The translations under genes were made by a program, and so were the position numbers. Of a DNA stretch of 64,000 nt, positions 38,649 to 48,721 are shown one piece after another; positions within the stretch are counted from its first letter, which is position 1; each line of letters opens with the position of its first letter. The notes under the pieces were generated by a model, which was not told the origin of the DNA, did not search any database, and saw nothing but the letters and a program-made list of their open reading frames with translations. The stretch is from Solirubrobacteraceae bacterium (GTDB lineage Bacteria > Actinomycetota > Thermoleophilia > Solirubrobacterales > Solirubrobacteraceae): the NCBI GenBank assembly GCA_049512455.1, contig JBEKXB010000010.1:4969-68968 (forward strand). Direction: 5' to 3'.

Positions 38649-38692
38649 GGTCCGCCAGCTAGCGGCCCGGTGCCGGCCGGCAGGCCGCCCAC

Positions 38693-40153
38693 CTACCCCG
38701 GGGTCCCCTTCGCGGCGATATCCTTGAGCTGCTCGTCGATCCAGTCACCGGGATCGCGGGCCGTGACGATCGCCTGCAGGCCGGCGAGCCGGCGTGCGCG
38801 CTCGGTCGTGTCCATCGTCAGCGCCGCGTGGATCGAGTCGGCGAGCTCCTGGATGTCGAACGGGTTGACCGACAGCGCGAACTCGCTGAGCTCGGCGTGC
38901 GCCCCCGTGTTCTCGGACAGGATCGATACGCCGCGGTTCTCGTTGAGCAGCGGTCCCTCCTTCGCGACGAGGTTCATCCCGTCGAACATCGCGTTCACGA
39001 GCAGCACGTCGTAGTGCTTGTAGGAGGCGAATGCCTCATCGCGGTCGTCGCGCAGCTTGAGCTGGATCGGCATCCAGTCGGGGGTCCCGTGGCGGTGGTT
39101 GACGACTGCCACCAGCGCCTCGATCCGCTCGAGGTACTCGGCGTACTCGGGCACGTCGGTTCGTGATGGCATCAGCTGGGCGATGAACGTCACGCGCTCG
39201 GAGAACTCCGGGTGTTGCTCGAGGAAGACGTCGAACGCCGAGAAGCCGCGCAGTACGTTCTTCGACAGGTCCGCCCGATCGACGCGCAGGATGAGGAACT
39301 CGCGCCGCCGCCGCCGCAGCTCCACTTCGAACTCTGCGACGCGCGGGCTGAGCGCGGTCTGAAGCGTTGCCGCGTGGTCGATCGGCAGCGGGTAGGCGCG
39401 CACCCACACCTCGCGACCCTCCCAGCGAACGGAGCTGCGCGCGTAGTCGACCTCAACGGCCATCAGCTCCTCGCAGCAGTGCAGGAAGTTCCGCCGGTAG
39501 GCGTGGGTGTGGAATCCGACGATGTCGTTCGCGAGCAGTCCGGCGTAGATCTCGTGCCGGATGCGCGTCGGCAGCACGCGCCACGCGTCCGGCTGCGTCC
39601 AGGGAATGTGCACGAAATGGTGCATGAACGCGTCCGGCCGGGCCCGCCGCACAAGCTCCGGCAGCGTGTAGAGGTGGTAGTCGTGCACCATCACGACCGG
39701 GTCGTGCAGGCCATCGATCTCCTCGACGACGGCGCGCGCGAGATCCTCGTTGACGACGTTGTAGCCGAACTCGAACGCCTCGATCTCGTTGCGGCGAATG
39801 TCAGGAGCGTTGGAGAGGTCCCACAGGTAGTGCTGGATGAACCACAGCATCGGGTTCGCGAAGATGTGGTAGAAGCGGTGGTAGGCGTCGGGCTGGGACT
39901 CGACGAGCCGCACCAGATAGGGGGGCCCGCCGGCGGGCGAGGCGACCTCGAATGCGCGACTGCCGTGACGGCGCGAGACGACTGCGTCGTGCTCGGTCAT
40001 CGCCGAGGCGATCCACACCACCTCGCGGTGCGAGGCGAGTCCGGTGAGCGCCGTGACGAGCCCGCCACCGCCGCGCACCAGCGCCCCGTCGCTCTCAAAC
40101 GTCACGGGGCCACGGTTCGAGACAAGGATGAGTCGTCGTCGCTCCGGGCTCAC
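38693..40153 (-). CDS. otsA: alpha,alpha-trehalose-phosphate synthase (GT20)
   Basis: LILVSNRGPV, GGLVTAL, HDYHL and LVNAMFDGMNLVAKE motifs. Confidence 0.9.
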   Translation of the reverse strand: MSPERRRLILVSNRGPVTFESDGALVRGGGGLVTALTGLASHREVVWIASAMTEHDAVVSRRHGSRAFEVASPAGGPPYLVRLVESQPDAYHRFYHIFANPMLWFIQHYLWDLSNAPDIRRNEIEAFEFGYNVVNEDLARAVVEEIDGLHDPVVMVHDYHLYTLPELVRRARPDAFMHHFVHIPWTQPDAWRVLPTRIRHEIYAGLLANDIVGFHTHAYRRNFLHCCEELMAVEVDYARSSVRWEGREVWVRAYPLPIDHAATLQTALSPRVAEFEVELRRRRREFLILRVDRADLSKNVLRGFSAFDVFLEQHPEFSERVTFIAQLMPSRTDVPEYAEYLERIEALVAVVNHRHGTPDWMPIQLKLRDDRDEAFASYKHYDVLLVNAMFDGMNLVAKEGPLLNENRGVSILSENTGAHAELSEFALSVNPFDIQELADSIHAALTMDTTERARRLAGLQAIVTARDPGDWIDEQLKDIAAKGTPG

Positions 40154-40191
40154 GGGATGCGACGATACCGCCGATCGGCCTGTTGCCGGGC

Positions 40192-41745
40192 TTACTCGAC
40201 CGGCAGCGTGAGCGCGAAGACGGTCGTCCCGTGCTCTGCGCTCGCGTCGAGCGAGCCGCGCAGCCGCTCCGCGAGCTCGCGCGCGATGGCGAGGCCGAGG
40301 CCTGCCCCCTGCACGCCGTCGGCGCTGTAGAAGGGCTCGAAGATGCGCTCGCCGGCGTCGGGCGGGATGCCGGGGCCGTTGTCGATGACGCTCAGGCGGA
40401 CCGCGCTCGCATCCTCGTCCGCGGGCTCCACGCCGACCGTCACGGCCGTGCCCTTGGGGGTGTGGGTGATCGCGTTGTCGATCAGGATCCGCAGCAGCTG
40501 CGCCACGCGGTCGGGGTCGCAGATGGCGCGCAGCGGCTCATCGGGGAGCTTCAGCGCGAGGTCCGAGGAGTGCGCGCTCAGCGCCGGGCCGAACTCCGAG
40601 GCGACCGCGCGCGCGAGCACGCCGAGATCGGTCGGCGTCGGATGGAGCTCGACCGAGCCGGCCTCCAGGCGTGACAGGTCGAGCAGCCCGGTTGCGAGCT
40701 TGCCCAGCCGCGCCACCTGCTCGCGCACCTGTCCGACGAACTGCCGTCTGGTCTCCTCGTCGAGGTCCTCGTCCTGGATCAGCTCGAGGAACCCGCCGAG
40801 CGAGAAGATCGGCGTGCGCAGCTCGTGCGAGGCGATCGCGATGAACCGCCGCCGCGCCCGCTCGAGCTCCTGCAGCTGGCTTTGCATGTGCGCGAGCGCG
40901 CCTGCGAGCTGCCCGAGCTCGTCGGTTGAGTCAACCTCGAAGTGCGCGGTGAAGTCGCCGGCGGCCACGCGCTGTGCGGAATGTTCGAGCCGCAGCACGC
41001 GAACCGTGATCGCACGCGCAACGAGCACGCCGAGCAGCAGCACCACCAGCAGCGCGATCCCCGCGGCGAACAGGATCCGCTGGCGGATCAGCACCACGTC
41101 ACCCTGGACGTCGCTGAAGTTGACGGTGAAGACCACCACGAACTGCCCGACCGGCACCGCGACGACGCCGAGACTCGGGCTGACGATCCGGCTGTTGAGC
41201 TTCGGATGCAGCTCGTCGACGGTGTGCAAGGCGACGTCATCGAGCTGGCCCGCGACATACTCCGACACATCCGGCGGGTACGCGTCGCTGATCGGGGCCT
41301 GCGGGCGGCCGGTCGCAATCTTCTGGAACTGCAGCACCACGGCATAGTCGGCGCCGGTGGCTTTCTGCAGGTACGCGAGCTTCTTCTCCAGCGCGTTATA
41401 CGCGTTCAACTGGTTCGTCGCTTGGGCACCGGCCAGGGGTTGTGTCGAGCGCTTGCCACTCCCGGTGGCGCCGGTGATCCCGGTGCCGCCGAGCGGGCTC
41501 AACCCCGCGCTTGGCTCGCTCGCCTTGGCAAGGGCGGCGATCTCGCCGATCGCCTTCCGCGTCGCGACGTCATGCGTGACGAGCGTGAGGTCGCGCAGCG
41601 ACTGATTTTCGAGGCTCGACTGCAGCGACGGCGCGACGTCGATGTAGACGACGCCGATCGCGAGCAGGGTGATCAGGAAGAAGAAGAACGCGAGGCGCGT
41701 GCGGATCGAGCCGAGCGCCGTGCCGACACGCTTGCGGAAGGGCAT
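40192..41745 (-). CDS. sensor histidine kinase (HAMP-HisKA-HATPase, MtrB-like)
   Basis: Two TM helices, a HAMP domain, H-box IASHELRTPI, N-box IDNAITHT and G-boxes DNGPGIP / GAGLGLAI. Confidence 0.85.
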   Translation of the reverse strand: MPFRKRVGTALGSIRTRLAFFFFLITLLAIGVVYIDVAPSLQSSLENQSLRDLTLVTHDVATRKAIGEIAALAKASEPSAGLSPLGGTGITGATGSGKRSTQPLAGAQATNQLNAYNALEKKLAYLQKATGADYAVVLQFQKIATGRPQAPISDAYPPDVSEYVAGQLDDVALHTVDELHPKLNSRIVSPSLGVVAVPVGQFVVVFTVNFSDVQGDVVLIRQRILFAAGIALLVVLLLGVLVARAITVRVLRLEHSAQRVAAGDFTAHFEVDSTDELGQLAGALAHMQSQLQELERARRRFIAIASHELRTPIFSLGGFLELIQDEDLDEETRRQFVGQVREQVARLGKLATGLLDLSRLEAGSVELHPTPTDLGVLARAVASEFGPALSAHSSDLALKLPDEPLRAICDPDRVAQLLRILIDNAITHTPKGTAVTVGVEPADEDASAVRLSVIDNGPGIPPDAGERIFEPFYSADGVQGAGLGLAIARELAERLRGSLDASAEHGTTVFALTLPVE

Positions 41746-41765
41746 CGCCCGCCTCGCGCTCCCCG

Positions 41766-42485
41766 CTACTCGCTGTCGCGGAAGCGGTACCCGACGCCGC
41801 GCACCGTGAACAGGTACTCAGGCTCCTTGGCGTCGCGCTCGATCTTCTCGCGCAGGTGGCGGATGTGCACGTCGATCGTCCGTGGATCGCGGTACGCGTA
41901 GTCGCCCCAGATCTGTTCGAGCAGCCCCTCCCGGCTGAACACCCGTCCCGGTGCTTGAGCCAGCGTGCTGAGGATCTCGAACTCGACGAACGTGGTGCGC
42001 ACCAGCTCGCCGCGCAGCCGCACCGCTCGTTTCGCGAAGTCGATCGTGAGCTCGCCGGAATGCAGCGGCTCGGCTCCCTCCTGCGCGGCGTTTGCCGCGA
42101 CCGCGGCGCGCATCGAGGCCCGCCGCAGGGCGGCCTTCACACGGCTGCGAAACTCGCGCATCGAGAACGGCTTGGTGATGTAGTCGTCCGCGCCGAGCTC
42201 GAGCCCGAGAACCTTGTCGATCTCCTCGGCCTTGGCGGTCAGCATGATGATCGGCACCGAGCTCGTCGCGCGCAGCTTGCGGCACACCTCCAACCCGTCG
42301 AGGTTGGGCATCATCACGTCGAGCACGACGAGGTCGAACTCGCTCTCCGCAAACCGCGCCAGCGCCTCGACGCCGTCCGACGCGCGGACGACGTCATAGC
42401 CGTCCTTGCGCAGCGGAAATGAGAGAAGCGTGAGGATCGATTGCTCGTCGTCGGCGAGCAGGATCCGTGTCGGGCGCGCGTCCAT
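41766..42485 (-). CDS. OmpR/PhoB-family response regulator (MtrA-like)
   Basis: ILLADDE...DLVVLDVMMP receiver domain and a winged-helix C-terminus (TVRGVGYRF). Confidence 0.9.
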   Translation of the reverse strand: MDARPTRILLADDEQSILTLLSFPLRKDGYDVVRASDGVEALARFAESEFDLVVLDVMMPNLDGLEVCRKLRATSSVPIIMLTAKAEEIDKVLGLELGADDYITKPFSMREFRSRVKAALRRASMRAAVAANAAQEGAEPLHSGELTIDFAKRAVRLRGELVRTTFVEFEILSTLAQAPGRVFSREGLLEQIWGDYAYRDPRTIDVHIRHLREKIERDAKEPEYLFTVRGVGYRFRDSE

Positions 42486-42560
42486 TGTTCTCGTCCTAGC
42501 ACAGGTTCTCAGATCGCCGCCGCCGATTCATCGCCACCCCAGCGACTACGCTGCGGGCGA

Positions 42561-44327
42561 GTGCTCGATCTACGCCTCTATCGCGCGACTCTGCTGCCGT
42601 TCGCGCTCGCCGTGCTCGTCGCCGCGTTCTCGCTGAGCGCCCCCCCGGCGCCGCTCTCGAGCACCCTTCCGCCGGACGCCTTCAACGGCACGCGCGCCTA
42701 CAGCGACCTGCGGTACCTCGCGAGCCACTACCCCAGCCGTGCCCCGGGCTCGCCCGGCGATGACGCCCTCGCCGGCTACATCGCGAGCGAGCTCCAGCTC
42801 GATGGCTTCCAGGCCAGCCGTATTCGCATCATCCATTCCAGGCTGGCGACGGTGCGGGGTGAGCGCCGAATCACCACGGTGATCGCGAGTCGCGGCGGCA
42901 CGAGGAGCGGCTCGATCGTGCTGCTCGCCCACCGCGACGCCATGCGCGGGGTGTCGGCGGCGGCGCTGTCGGGCACCGCCACGCTGCTCGAGCTCGCCGC
43001 CGATCTGTCGCGCGGCGGGCAACGGCCGCTGACGATCGTCTCGACAAGCGGCGGCAGCGGCGGCGACGCCGGCGCGATCCTCGCTGCGGCAGCCCTTCCG
43101 CGCCCGATCGACGCCGCGATCGTGATCGGCGATGTCGCCGGCACCCGTCCGGCCCGCCCGTTCGTGGTGGGATGGACCGGCGACGGTGGCGTTGCGCCGC
43201 TCGTCCTCACCCGCACCGTCGAGGGCGGGCTCTCCTCGCAGCTCGGCGCGAGCCCCGGCAGCCCCTCGGCGCTCGAGCAGCTCGCTCGCTTCGCGCTCCC
43301 GCTGAGCAGCGCTGAGCAGGCGCCGCTCGCCGACTCGGGCATCGCCACGGTCCTCGTCCAGCAGAGCGGCGAGCTCGGTCCGCGGCCCGGCGAGCCGGTC
43401 TCCGAGGCTCGTCTGGAGGACTTCGGCCGCGGCATCCTCGTCGCCATCGATGCGCTCGAGGGCGGGCCGCGCATCGCCGGCGCGAGCACACGGACGCTGA
43501 CTCTCGCGGGAAACACGCTCGGCGGCTGGGTGGCACGCCTGCTCGTCGGTCTGCTGCTGGCTTCGGCCGCCGCCTGCACGCTCGACGTCGTCGCTCGCGC
43601 GCGCCGCCGGCGAATCGCGCTCGCGCCGTGGACGCGCTGGCTGTTTTGGTGGGCGGCGCCGTTCTTCGCAGCCGGACTCTTCGCGAAGTTGCTCGCGGCA
43701 AGCGGGTTGCTGGCAGCGGTCCCTGCGGCGCCGCTGCCGGCGAGCGCGCTGCCGGCGGGCGGCGAGCAGGCGGCGCTCGTGAGCGTGCTGGTGGTGTTCG
43801 TGCTCGGCGCGATCCTGCGTGGGGCACTGTCGCGCGGGACGCGCCTGGACGGCTCGCCGGCGGCGGCCGGCGCGCCTGTCGCGCTGCTCGCGCTGACCTG
43901 CGTCCTGGCGGCGATCGTCTGGATCGTCAACCCGTACTCGGCGGCGCTGATCGTGGTTCCGCTGCAGCTGTGGCTCGTCGTCATGACCCGCGACGGCGGG
44001 CGCCGCTCGGCGCGCGGTGGCGCCATCTGCCTGCTCGTCTCGCTCGCCCCGCTCGGCATCCTGCTCGGCGTCGAGTCCCACGCGCTCGCGCTCGGGCCCG
44101 TCGCGTTCGTCTGGAGCTGGCTGCTCGTGTTCGCCGGCGGCGAGGTCGGTTTGGGCGCGCTGATCGTCTGCTCGCTGCTGGCCGGCGCCACGCTCGCCGC
44201 CGCGCTGATCCTGCTGCACCCCGGCGGGCGCGGCGCGCCGCAGGCGCCGGCGATCACCGTCCGCGGCCCTGTCAGCTACGCCGGCCCCGGCTCGCTCGGC
44301 GGCACCGAGTCCGCCCTGCGCCATTAG
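42561..44327 (+). CDS. membrane protein: M28-peptidase-like extracytoplasmic domain fused to a polytopic C-terminal domain
   Basis: GTG at 42561 chosen to avoid overlapping the divergent regulator gene. N-terminal TM, then GSPGDDALAGYI..., VLLAHRDAM, and 7 or more C-terminal TM helices. Confidence 0.5.
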   Translation: MLDLRLYRATLLPFALAVLVAAFSLSAPPAPLSSTLPPDAFNGTRAYSDLRYLASHYPSRAPGSPGDDALAGYIASELQLDGFQASRIRIIHSRLATVRGERRITTVIASRGGTRSGSIVLLAHRDAMRGVSAAALSGTATLLELAADLSRGGQRPLTIVSTSGGSGGDAGAILAAAALPRPIDAAIVIGDVAGTRPARPFVVGWTGDGGVAPLVLTRTVEGGLSSQLGASPGSPSALEQLARFALPLSSAEQAPLADSGIATVLVQQSGELGPRPGEPVSEARLEDFGRGILVAIDALEGGPRIAGASTRTLTLAGNTLGGWVARLLVGLLLASAAACTLDVVARARRRRIALAPWTRWLFWWAAPFFAAGLFAKLLAASGLLAAVPAAPLPASALPAGGEQAALVSVLVVFVLGAILRGALSRGTRLDGSPAAAGAPVALLALTCVLAAIVWIVNPYSAALIVVPLQLWLVVMTRDGGRRSARGGAICLLVSLAPLGILLGVESHALALGPVAFVWSWLLVFAGGEVGLGALIVCSLLAGATLAAALILLHPGGRGAPQAPAITVRGPVSYAGPGSLGGTESALRH

Positions 44328-44369
44328 GCGCCTGCGGCGGAAACGGAGGATGATTCGCGGCGACCGCCG

Positions 44370-45353
44370 ATGAAGCGCCCGACCAGGTTCCGCTTGGCAT
44401 TGGCAGCCGGTCTGGCTGCGGTCCTCGCAGCGGTTGTCGTGGTCGTGATCGTCAGCAGCGGTGGCCCGCTGCCGGCCAACGAGCGCGCGGCGCAGGCGTC
44501 CGCGCGAGCGATGCTCGCCAGCGTGACGCTGCCGCGCGGCGCCAAGCGATCAGCCGGCGAGCCGGCCGGAGACGGCGGCGTGCTGTCACTACCGGCGGAG
44601 ACTCTGCAACCGGGGCGGGGCGAGCTGTTCTTCGAGCGTGGTTTGCTCGGGACGTACCCTCCGGTCGGACCGGCGGAGCCGACCGCGACGCTCGGCGGAT
44701 GGCACGTCGTCGACGAGGCTGCGTTTTGGACTGTCGATGCGCCGCTGGAGACGGTGGTCAGCGATTTCGCTACCAGCTCGCCGTCAGCTTCCACTGGCGC
44801 TGCGTCGGCCGTCCCGCGGCAGCTCTCGTTGACCGCATCGCTTGAACTGCCAGCGGTCCCGAACGTGCTGCCCGCCAAGCGGCTCGTCATGACCGCGAAG
44901 CGGCTCGCCGATGGCAGGACCGGTGTTCGCGTCGACGCGCAGGTGGTCTGGGTCAAGCCGGTGCTCGTGGTGCCCGTGGGTACGCAGCTTTCGGTCGTCA
45001 TCACCCCGCCAGACGGCGCGTCCCACTCAATGATCATCACCTCGCCGCAGGAGGTCCACAGCGCTGCCACCCTGTTGAACGGTCTAGATCTCGTTCCGCG
45101 GGACCAGGATCGGTTCCTTGGCGACGACTGGTGCGAAAGGGGCGGGCTGTTGCTCAGCTTCAGCGAGCGCCGTGGCCTCTCGCCGCTGGCGCGCGCCACG
45201 GTGGACCCGTGCGGCGACGTGGTACGGCTGACGATCGATGGACACGCCGAGCCAATCCTCGATGGCTCCTCGCTTGACGGCACAGACGGCGAGTCGTTTG
45301 TCACGTTGCTCGCGTCGACGCTCCACCTGAACCTGTCCAGCGTTGGAGACTGA
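44370..45353 (+). CDS. hypothetical membrane-anchored/secreted protein
   Basis: N-terminal anchor RLALAAGLAAVLAAVVVVVIV. Coding-type GC3. No recognisable motif. Confidence 0.5.
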   Translation: MKRPTRFRLALAAGLAAVLAAVVVVVIVSSGGPLPANERAAQASARAMLASVTLPRGAKRSAGEPAGDGGVLSLPAETLQPGRGELFFERGLLGTYPPVGPAEPTATLGGWHVVDEAAFWTVDAPLETVVSDFATSSPSASTGAASAVPRQLSLTASLELPAVPNVLPAKRLVMTAKRLADGRTGVRVDAQVVWVKPVLVVPVGTQLSVVITPPDGASHSMIITSPQEVHSAATLLNGLDLVPRDQDRFLGDDWCERGGLLLSFSERRGLSPLARATVDPCGDVVRLTIDGHAEPILDGSSLDGTDGESFVTLLASTLHLNLSSVGD

Positions 45354-45383
45354 TGTGCCGCTGACGCTGCTGCCGGGCAGGGC

Positions 45384-46277
45384 CTAGTCGAGCTCGTGCT
45401 CGTAGCCGCGGAGCTCGCGCTCGCCCTTGGCGTCGTGGAAGCGGGCTCCTCCTCCGGCGCGCACCTCGCCGATCACCACCAGCGAGGGGACGTCGCGCCG
45501 GACTGCGTCGAGCTCGCCTGGCGCGAGGCAGGCGCAAAGCTCGTAGTCCTCGCCGCCGGTTGCCGCGAACGAGGACGGGTCGGCGTCGAGGGCTTCGGCG
45601 ACGTCCGCGACGCCTGGTGCCAGCGGCAGCAGATCGAGGTCGATGTCGAGCAGCACGCCGCTCTGTTCGCCGACGATCGCGGCATCGCTCGCGAGTCCGT
45701 CGGAGATGTCGATCATCGCGTGAGCTCCGGCCTGCGCAAGCGTGCGGCCCTCTCGCAGTCGCGGTGTCGGTCGCTCGTAGCGCCCGATCAAGTCCTCCGC
45801 AGCGGTGCCGCGCGGAGCGCGGCCCGCGAGGATCTCCAGACCGGCGGCTGAGCCGCCAAGAGATCCCGTGACGGCGACGAGGTCGCCGTCACGGGCACCA
45901 TCGCGTCCGATCACCGCAGTCGCTTCGTCCGTCCAACCGATGACGGTGACAGCGACGAACGCGGTTTGCGACCGGACGATGTCGCCGCCGGCGATCGTCG
46001 TGCCGGTCTGCTCGGCGAGCCGCTCCGCGCCAAGCACCAGCTCCAGTGCGGCTTGCGAGCTCAGGCCGCCGCCGACGCCGAGCGAGATGTACGCCTCGCC
46101 CGGATCGGCGCCCATCGCCGCGAGGTCCGACAGCGCTCCCGCGAGCGCGCGATGTCCGACCGAGTGGGGCCGGCTCCAATCGAGGCGGAAATGAGTCTGC
46201 TCGACCATCGTGTCGGTCGAGACGACGGCGAATGGTCGCGAGCGCACGACCGCTGCGTCATCGCCGATCCAGCGCAC
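45384..46277 (-). CDS. thiL: thiamine-monophosphate kinase
   Basis: [19 protein letters not shown] and [10 protein letters not shown] motifs. GTG at 46277 is the first canonical start, but the conserved N-terminus continues upstream to 46343 (see findings). Confidence 0.85.
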   Translation of the reverse strand: MRWIGDDAAVVRSRPFAVVSTDTMVEQTHFRLDWSRPHSVGHRALAGALSDLAAMGADPGEAYISLGVGGGLSSQAALELVLGAERLAEQTGTTIAGGDIVRSQTAFVAVTVIGWTDEATAVIGRDGARDGDLVAVTGSLGGSAAGLEILAGRAPRGTAAEDLIGRYERPTPRLREGRTLAQAGAHAMIDISDGLASDAAIVGEQSGVLLDIDLDLLPLAPGVADVAEALDADPSSFAATGGEDYELCACLAPGELDAVRRDVPSLVVIGEVRAGGGARFHDAKGERELRGYEHELD

Positions 46278-46343
46278 GACTCTCTCGCTGCGCGGCGCCA
46301 GCGCCGCCGAGATCGCCGCGATCAGGGCGCGCTCGTTCAGCGC

Positions 46344-46562
46344 CTAGCGGTGGCGGTAGACGATCCGCGCGCGGTCGAGGTCGTACGGGGAGAGCTCGCA
46401 GCGCACGCGGTCACCCGGAAGGATCCGGATGCGGAACCGGCGCATCTTCCCCGCGACGTGGCCGAGCACGACGTGGTCGTTGTCGAGCTTGACGCGGAAC
46501 ATCGCGTTTGGCAGGGCCTCGATCACCTCGCCCTCGAACTCGACCTTGTCTTCCTTTGGCAC
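46344..46562 (-). CDS. infA: translation initiation factor IF-1
   Basis: (V)[71 protein letters not shown]. 72 codons, GTG start. Confidence 0.95.
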   Translation of the reverse strand: MPKEDKVEFEGEVIEALPNAMFRVKLDNDHVVLGHVAGKMRRFRIRILPGDRVRCELSPYDLDRARIVYRHR

Positions 46563-46576
46563 GGTGGTGGACCCTA

Positions 46577-48721
46577 CTACGGCGCGTTCGTGCCGGTCGT
46601 GCCGGTGCTGCCGGGTGGCGAGGTGGTGGTGGTCGGCGGCGTGACTGGCGTCGTGGTCGGCCCGATCGGCACGACGGGCGGCGCTCCGCTCCCGCCCGAG
46701 GAGTGGTGGTGCGTGGGCTGAGTGGTCGGGCCGGTCGGCCCCGTCGGCCCGGGTACGTAGCTGTTGAGGCCGGCCTGCTCGAAGTGGCCCGAGAACGGCA
46801 CATACGTCATCGGCTGCGAAGGTACGGCGAACGCGGCGCAAGGCGGCACGTCGACCGTCTCCATCGTGTCGTGCCAGATGTCGGCGGGCAGGTCGCCGCC
46901 GTACTGCGCCTGGCCGTGAACGTCGTCCATCGGGACGTCGGCGTTTGGATAGCCCATCCACACGACCGCCGTGTAGTTCGGCGTGAAACCGTCGAGCCAG
47001 GCATCGACGAGGTTGGTCGTCGTCCCGGTCTTGGCTGCGCTCGGACAGCTGATCGCGCTCTGCGTCGCCGTACCGCCCAGCACGTTGGCTTCGAGGATCT
47101 GCGTCTCGACCGCGGCGGCGGCGCCCGAGAGGACCTGGGTGTGCCACGGCTTGCCCCAGCTCGTGTCGGGGGGACGGCCGTTGGGGAACACCACCTTGGT
47201 GATCGAGATCTGTTTGTTGCGCCAGCCGCCGTCGGCGATCGTCGAGTAGACGTTGGCCATCTCGAGCGGGCTGACGCCGTAGGTGAGCCCGCCGAGCGCC
47301 TCGGCCGGATAGCTGCTCAGGTGCGTGGTGACGCCGAGCTTGTAGGCCATCGCCGTCACCGAGGTCTCGCCGAGATCCGCCGCGAGCTGCGCGAAGACGG
47401 TGTTGTCGGAGGCGACCAGCGCCTGCTCGAGGGTGAGCCGCGCGTTGAGCGAGCCGCCGCTGTCGATCGTGACCTTGTACGTCGGGTAGCCTGGCAGCCA
47501 GCCCGGCTCCAGCGTGTGCGAGAGGTACTCCGTCGTGAACGGGTCGATCCCCCGCGACAGCGCGTCGGCGAGGACGATCGCCTTGAACGTCGATCCGGGC
47601 TGGCGCAGTCCCTGGGTCGCATAGTTGAACTGCTGGGTCTGGCTGTACTCACCCGTCTGCGCCATCGCGAGGATGTGGCCGTTGTGCGGGTCCTCGATGA
47701 CCTCCGCGGCGGCCGGATCGCCGGGCTCGTCGAGCACGTTGTCGATCGCCGTCTTCGCGAGGTCCTGAAGGTACGGGTCGAGCGTCGTGTAGACCTTCAG
47801 GCCGCCCTCCTGCACCGTCGCCTTCCCGTAGCGGGCGATCAGCTGCTGCTCTACGTAGTTGAAGAAGTAGTTGTCCTTGCGCTGCTGGTAGTAGTTGCTG
47901 TGCTGCACGCCGAGCGGCTCGGCTTCGGTCGCGCTGGCTGTAGCCGGGGAGATGTAGCCGAGCTGCGCCATCTTCGCCAGCACCTCGTTGCGACGCTGGG
48001 TTGCCGCTGCGACGTCGTTGAACGGGTTGTACTCCGACGGCGCCTGGGGCAGGCCGGCAAGCAGCGCGGCTTGCACGAGCGTCAGCGCTGACGCGGGTTC
48101 GTCGAAGAAGATCCGCGCCGCCGCTTGTACGCCGTAGGCCTCCTGTCCGCCGACGTTGCCGTAGGGCACGGTGTTGAGGTACTCGGTGAGGATCGCGTTC
48201 TTCGAGTGTGACTCAGACAGGCGCTCGGCGATGATGATCTCCTTGACCTTGCGCGTGAACGTCTTCTGGTCGCCCAGGTAGAGATTGCGTGCGAGCTGCA
48301 TGGCGATCGTCGACGCACCCTGCTGCGTCTGCCCGCTGCGCAGGTCCGCAATGGCCGCTCGCAGGATCGAGCCAAGGTCGAGCGCGCCGGTCTGATAGAA
48401 GCGCTGATCCTCGATCGCCACCGTCGCCTCCTTGAGGACTCGCGGCATCTGCGACGAGGGAATCGGGACGCGCAGCGAATCCGCTTCGATCAAGCCGAGC
48501 GGCTGGCCGTCGGCGTCGTAGATCGTCGAGGAGGTCGGCTGCTTGACCGGCCGTAGCTGGCTCAGCGGCGGGATCGTGCTGGCAACCGCCGAGATGTAGA
48601 CGAAGCCGATCCCGAAGAGCAGGACCAGCGCAGCCACACCTCCGACCGCAGCGGTCAGCGCGAATCGAGCTGGGTCACTACGCCGCTTGCGGCGGCGGCG
48701 CTGTCGTTTTCGGGTTGTCAT
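46577..48721 (-). CDS. class A penicillin-binding protein (PBP1A-type transglycosylase/transpeptidase)
   Basis: GT51 motifs EDQRFY and [12 protein letters not shown]. Transpeptidase motifs STFK, SDN and KTGTT. Pro/Thr-rich tail. Start at MTTRK (cat at 48719-48721). Confidence 0.9.
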   Translation of the reverse strand: MTTRKRQRRRRKRRSDPARFALTAAVGGVAALVLLFGIGFVYISAVASTIPPLSQLRPVKQPTSSTIYDADGQPLGLIEADSLRVPIPSSQMPRVLKEATVAIEDQRFYQTGALDLGSILRAAIADLRSGQTQQGASTIAMQLARNLYLGDQKTFTRKVKEIIIAERLSESHSKNAILTEYLNTVPYGNVGGQEAYGVQAAARIFFDEPASALTLVQAALLAGLPQAPSEYNPFNDVAAATQRRNEVLAKMAQLGYISPATASATEAEPLGVQHSNYYQQRKDNYFFNYVEQQLIARYGKATVQEGGLKVYTTLDPYLQDLAKTAIDNVLDEPGDPAAAEVIEDPHNGHILAMAQTGEYSQTQQFNYATQGLRQPGSTFKAIVLADALSRGIDPFTTEYLSHTLEPGWLPGYPTYKVTIDSGGSLNARLTLEQALVASDNTVFAQLAADLGETSVTAMAYKLGVTTHLSSYPAEALGGLTYGVSPLEMANVYSTIADGGWRNKQISITKVVFPNGRPPDTSWGKPWHTQVLSGAAAAVETQILEANVLGGTATQSAISCPSAAKTGTTTNLVDAWLDGFTPNYTAVVWMGYPNADVPMDDVHGQAQYGGDLPADIWHDTMETVDVPPCAAFAVPSQPMTYVPFSGHFEQAGLNSYVPGPTGPTGPTTQPTHHHSSGGSGAPPVVPIGPTTTPVTPPTTTTSPPGSTGTTGTNAP

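Noticed and set aside
42570-44324. Very long antisense or alternative-frame ORFs. Examples are 42570..44324 (584 aa), 42776..44257, 6536..8281 (581 aa), 22293..23648 (451 aa), 31924..33267 (447 aa), 15115..16788 (557 aa) and 46508..48091 (527 aa).
   Set aside because: Their translations are Arg/Ala/Pro/Gly-rich low-complexity strings with no motifs. Each completely overlaps a gene that has clear family signatures. Long open frames on the opposite strand are the expected artefact of very high GC content (few stop codons).
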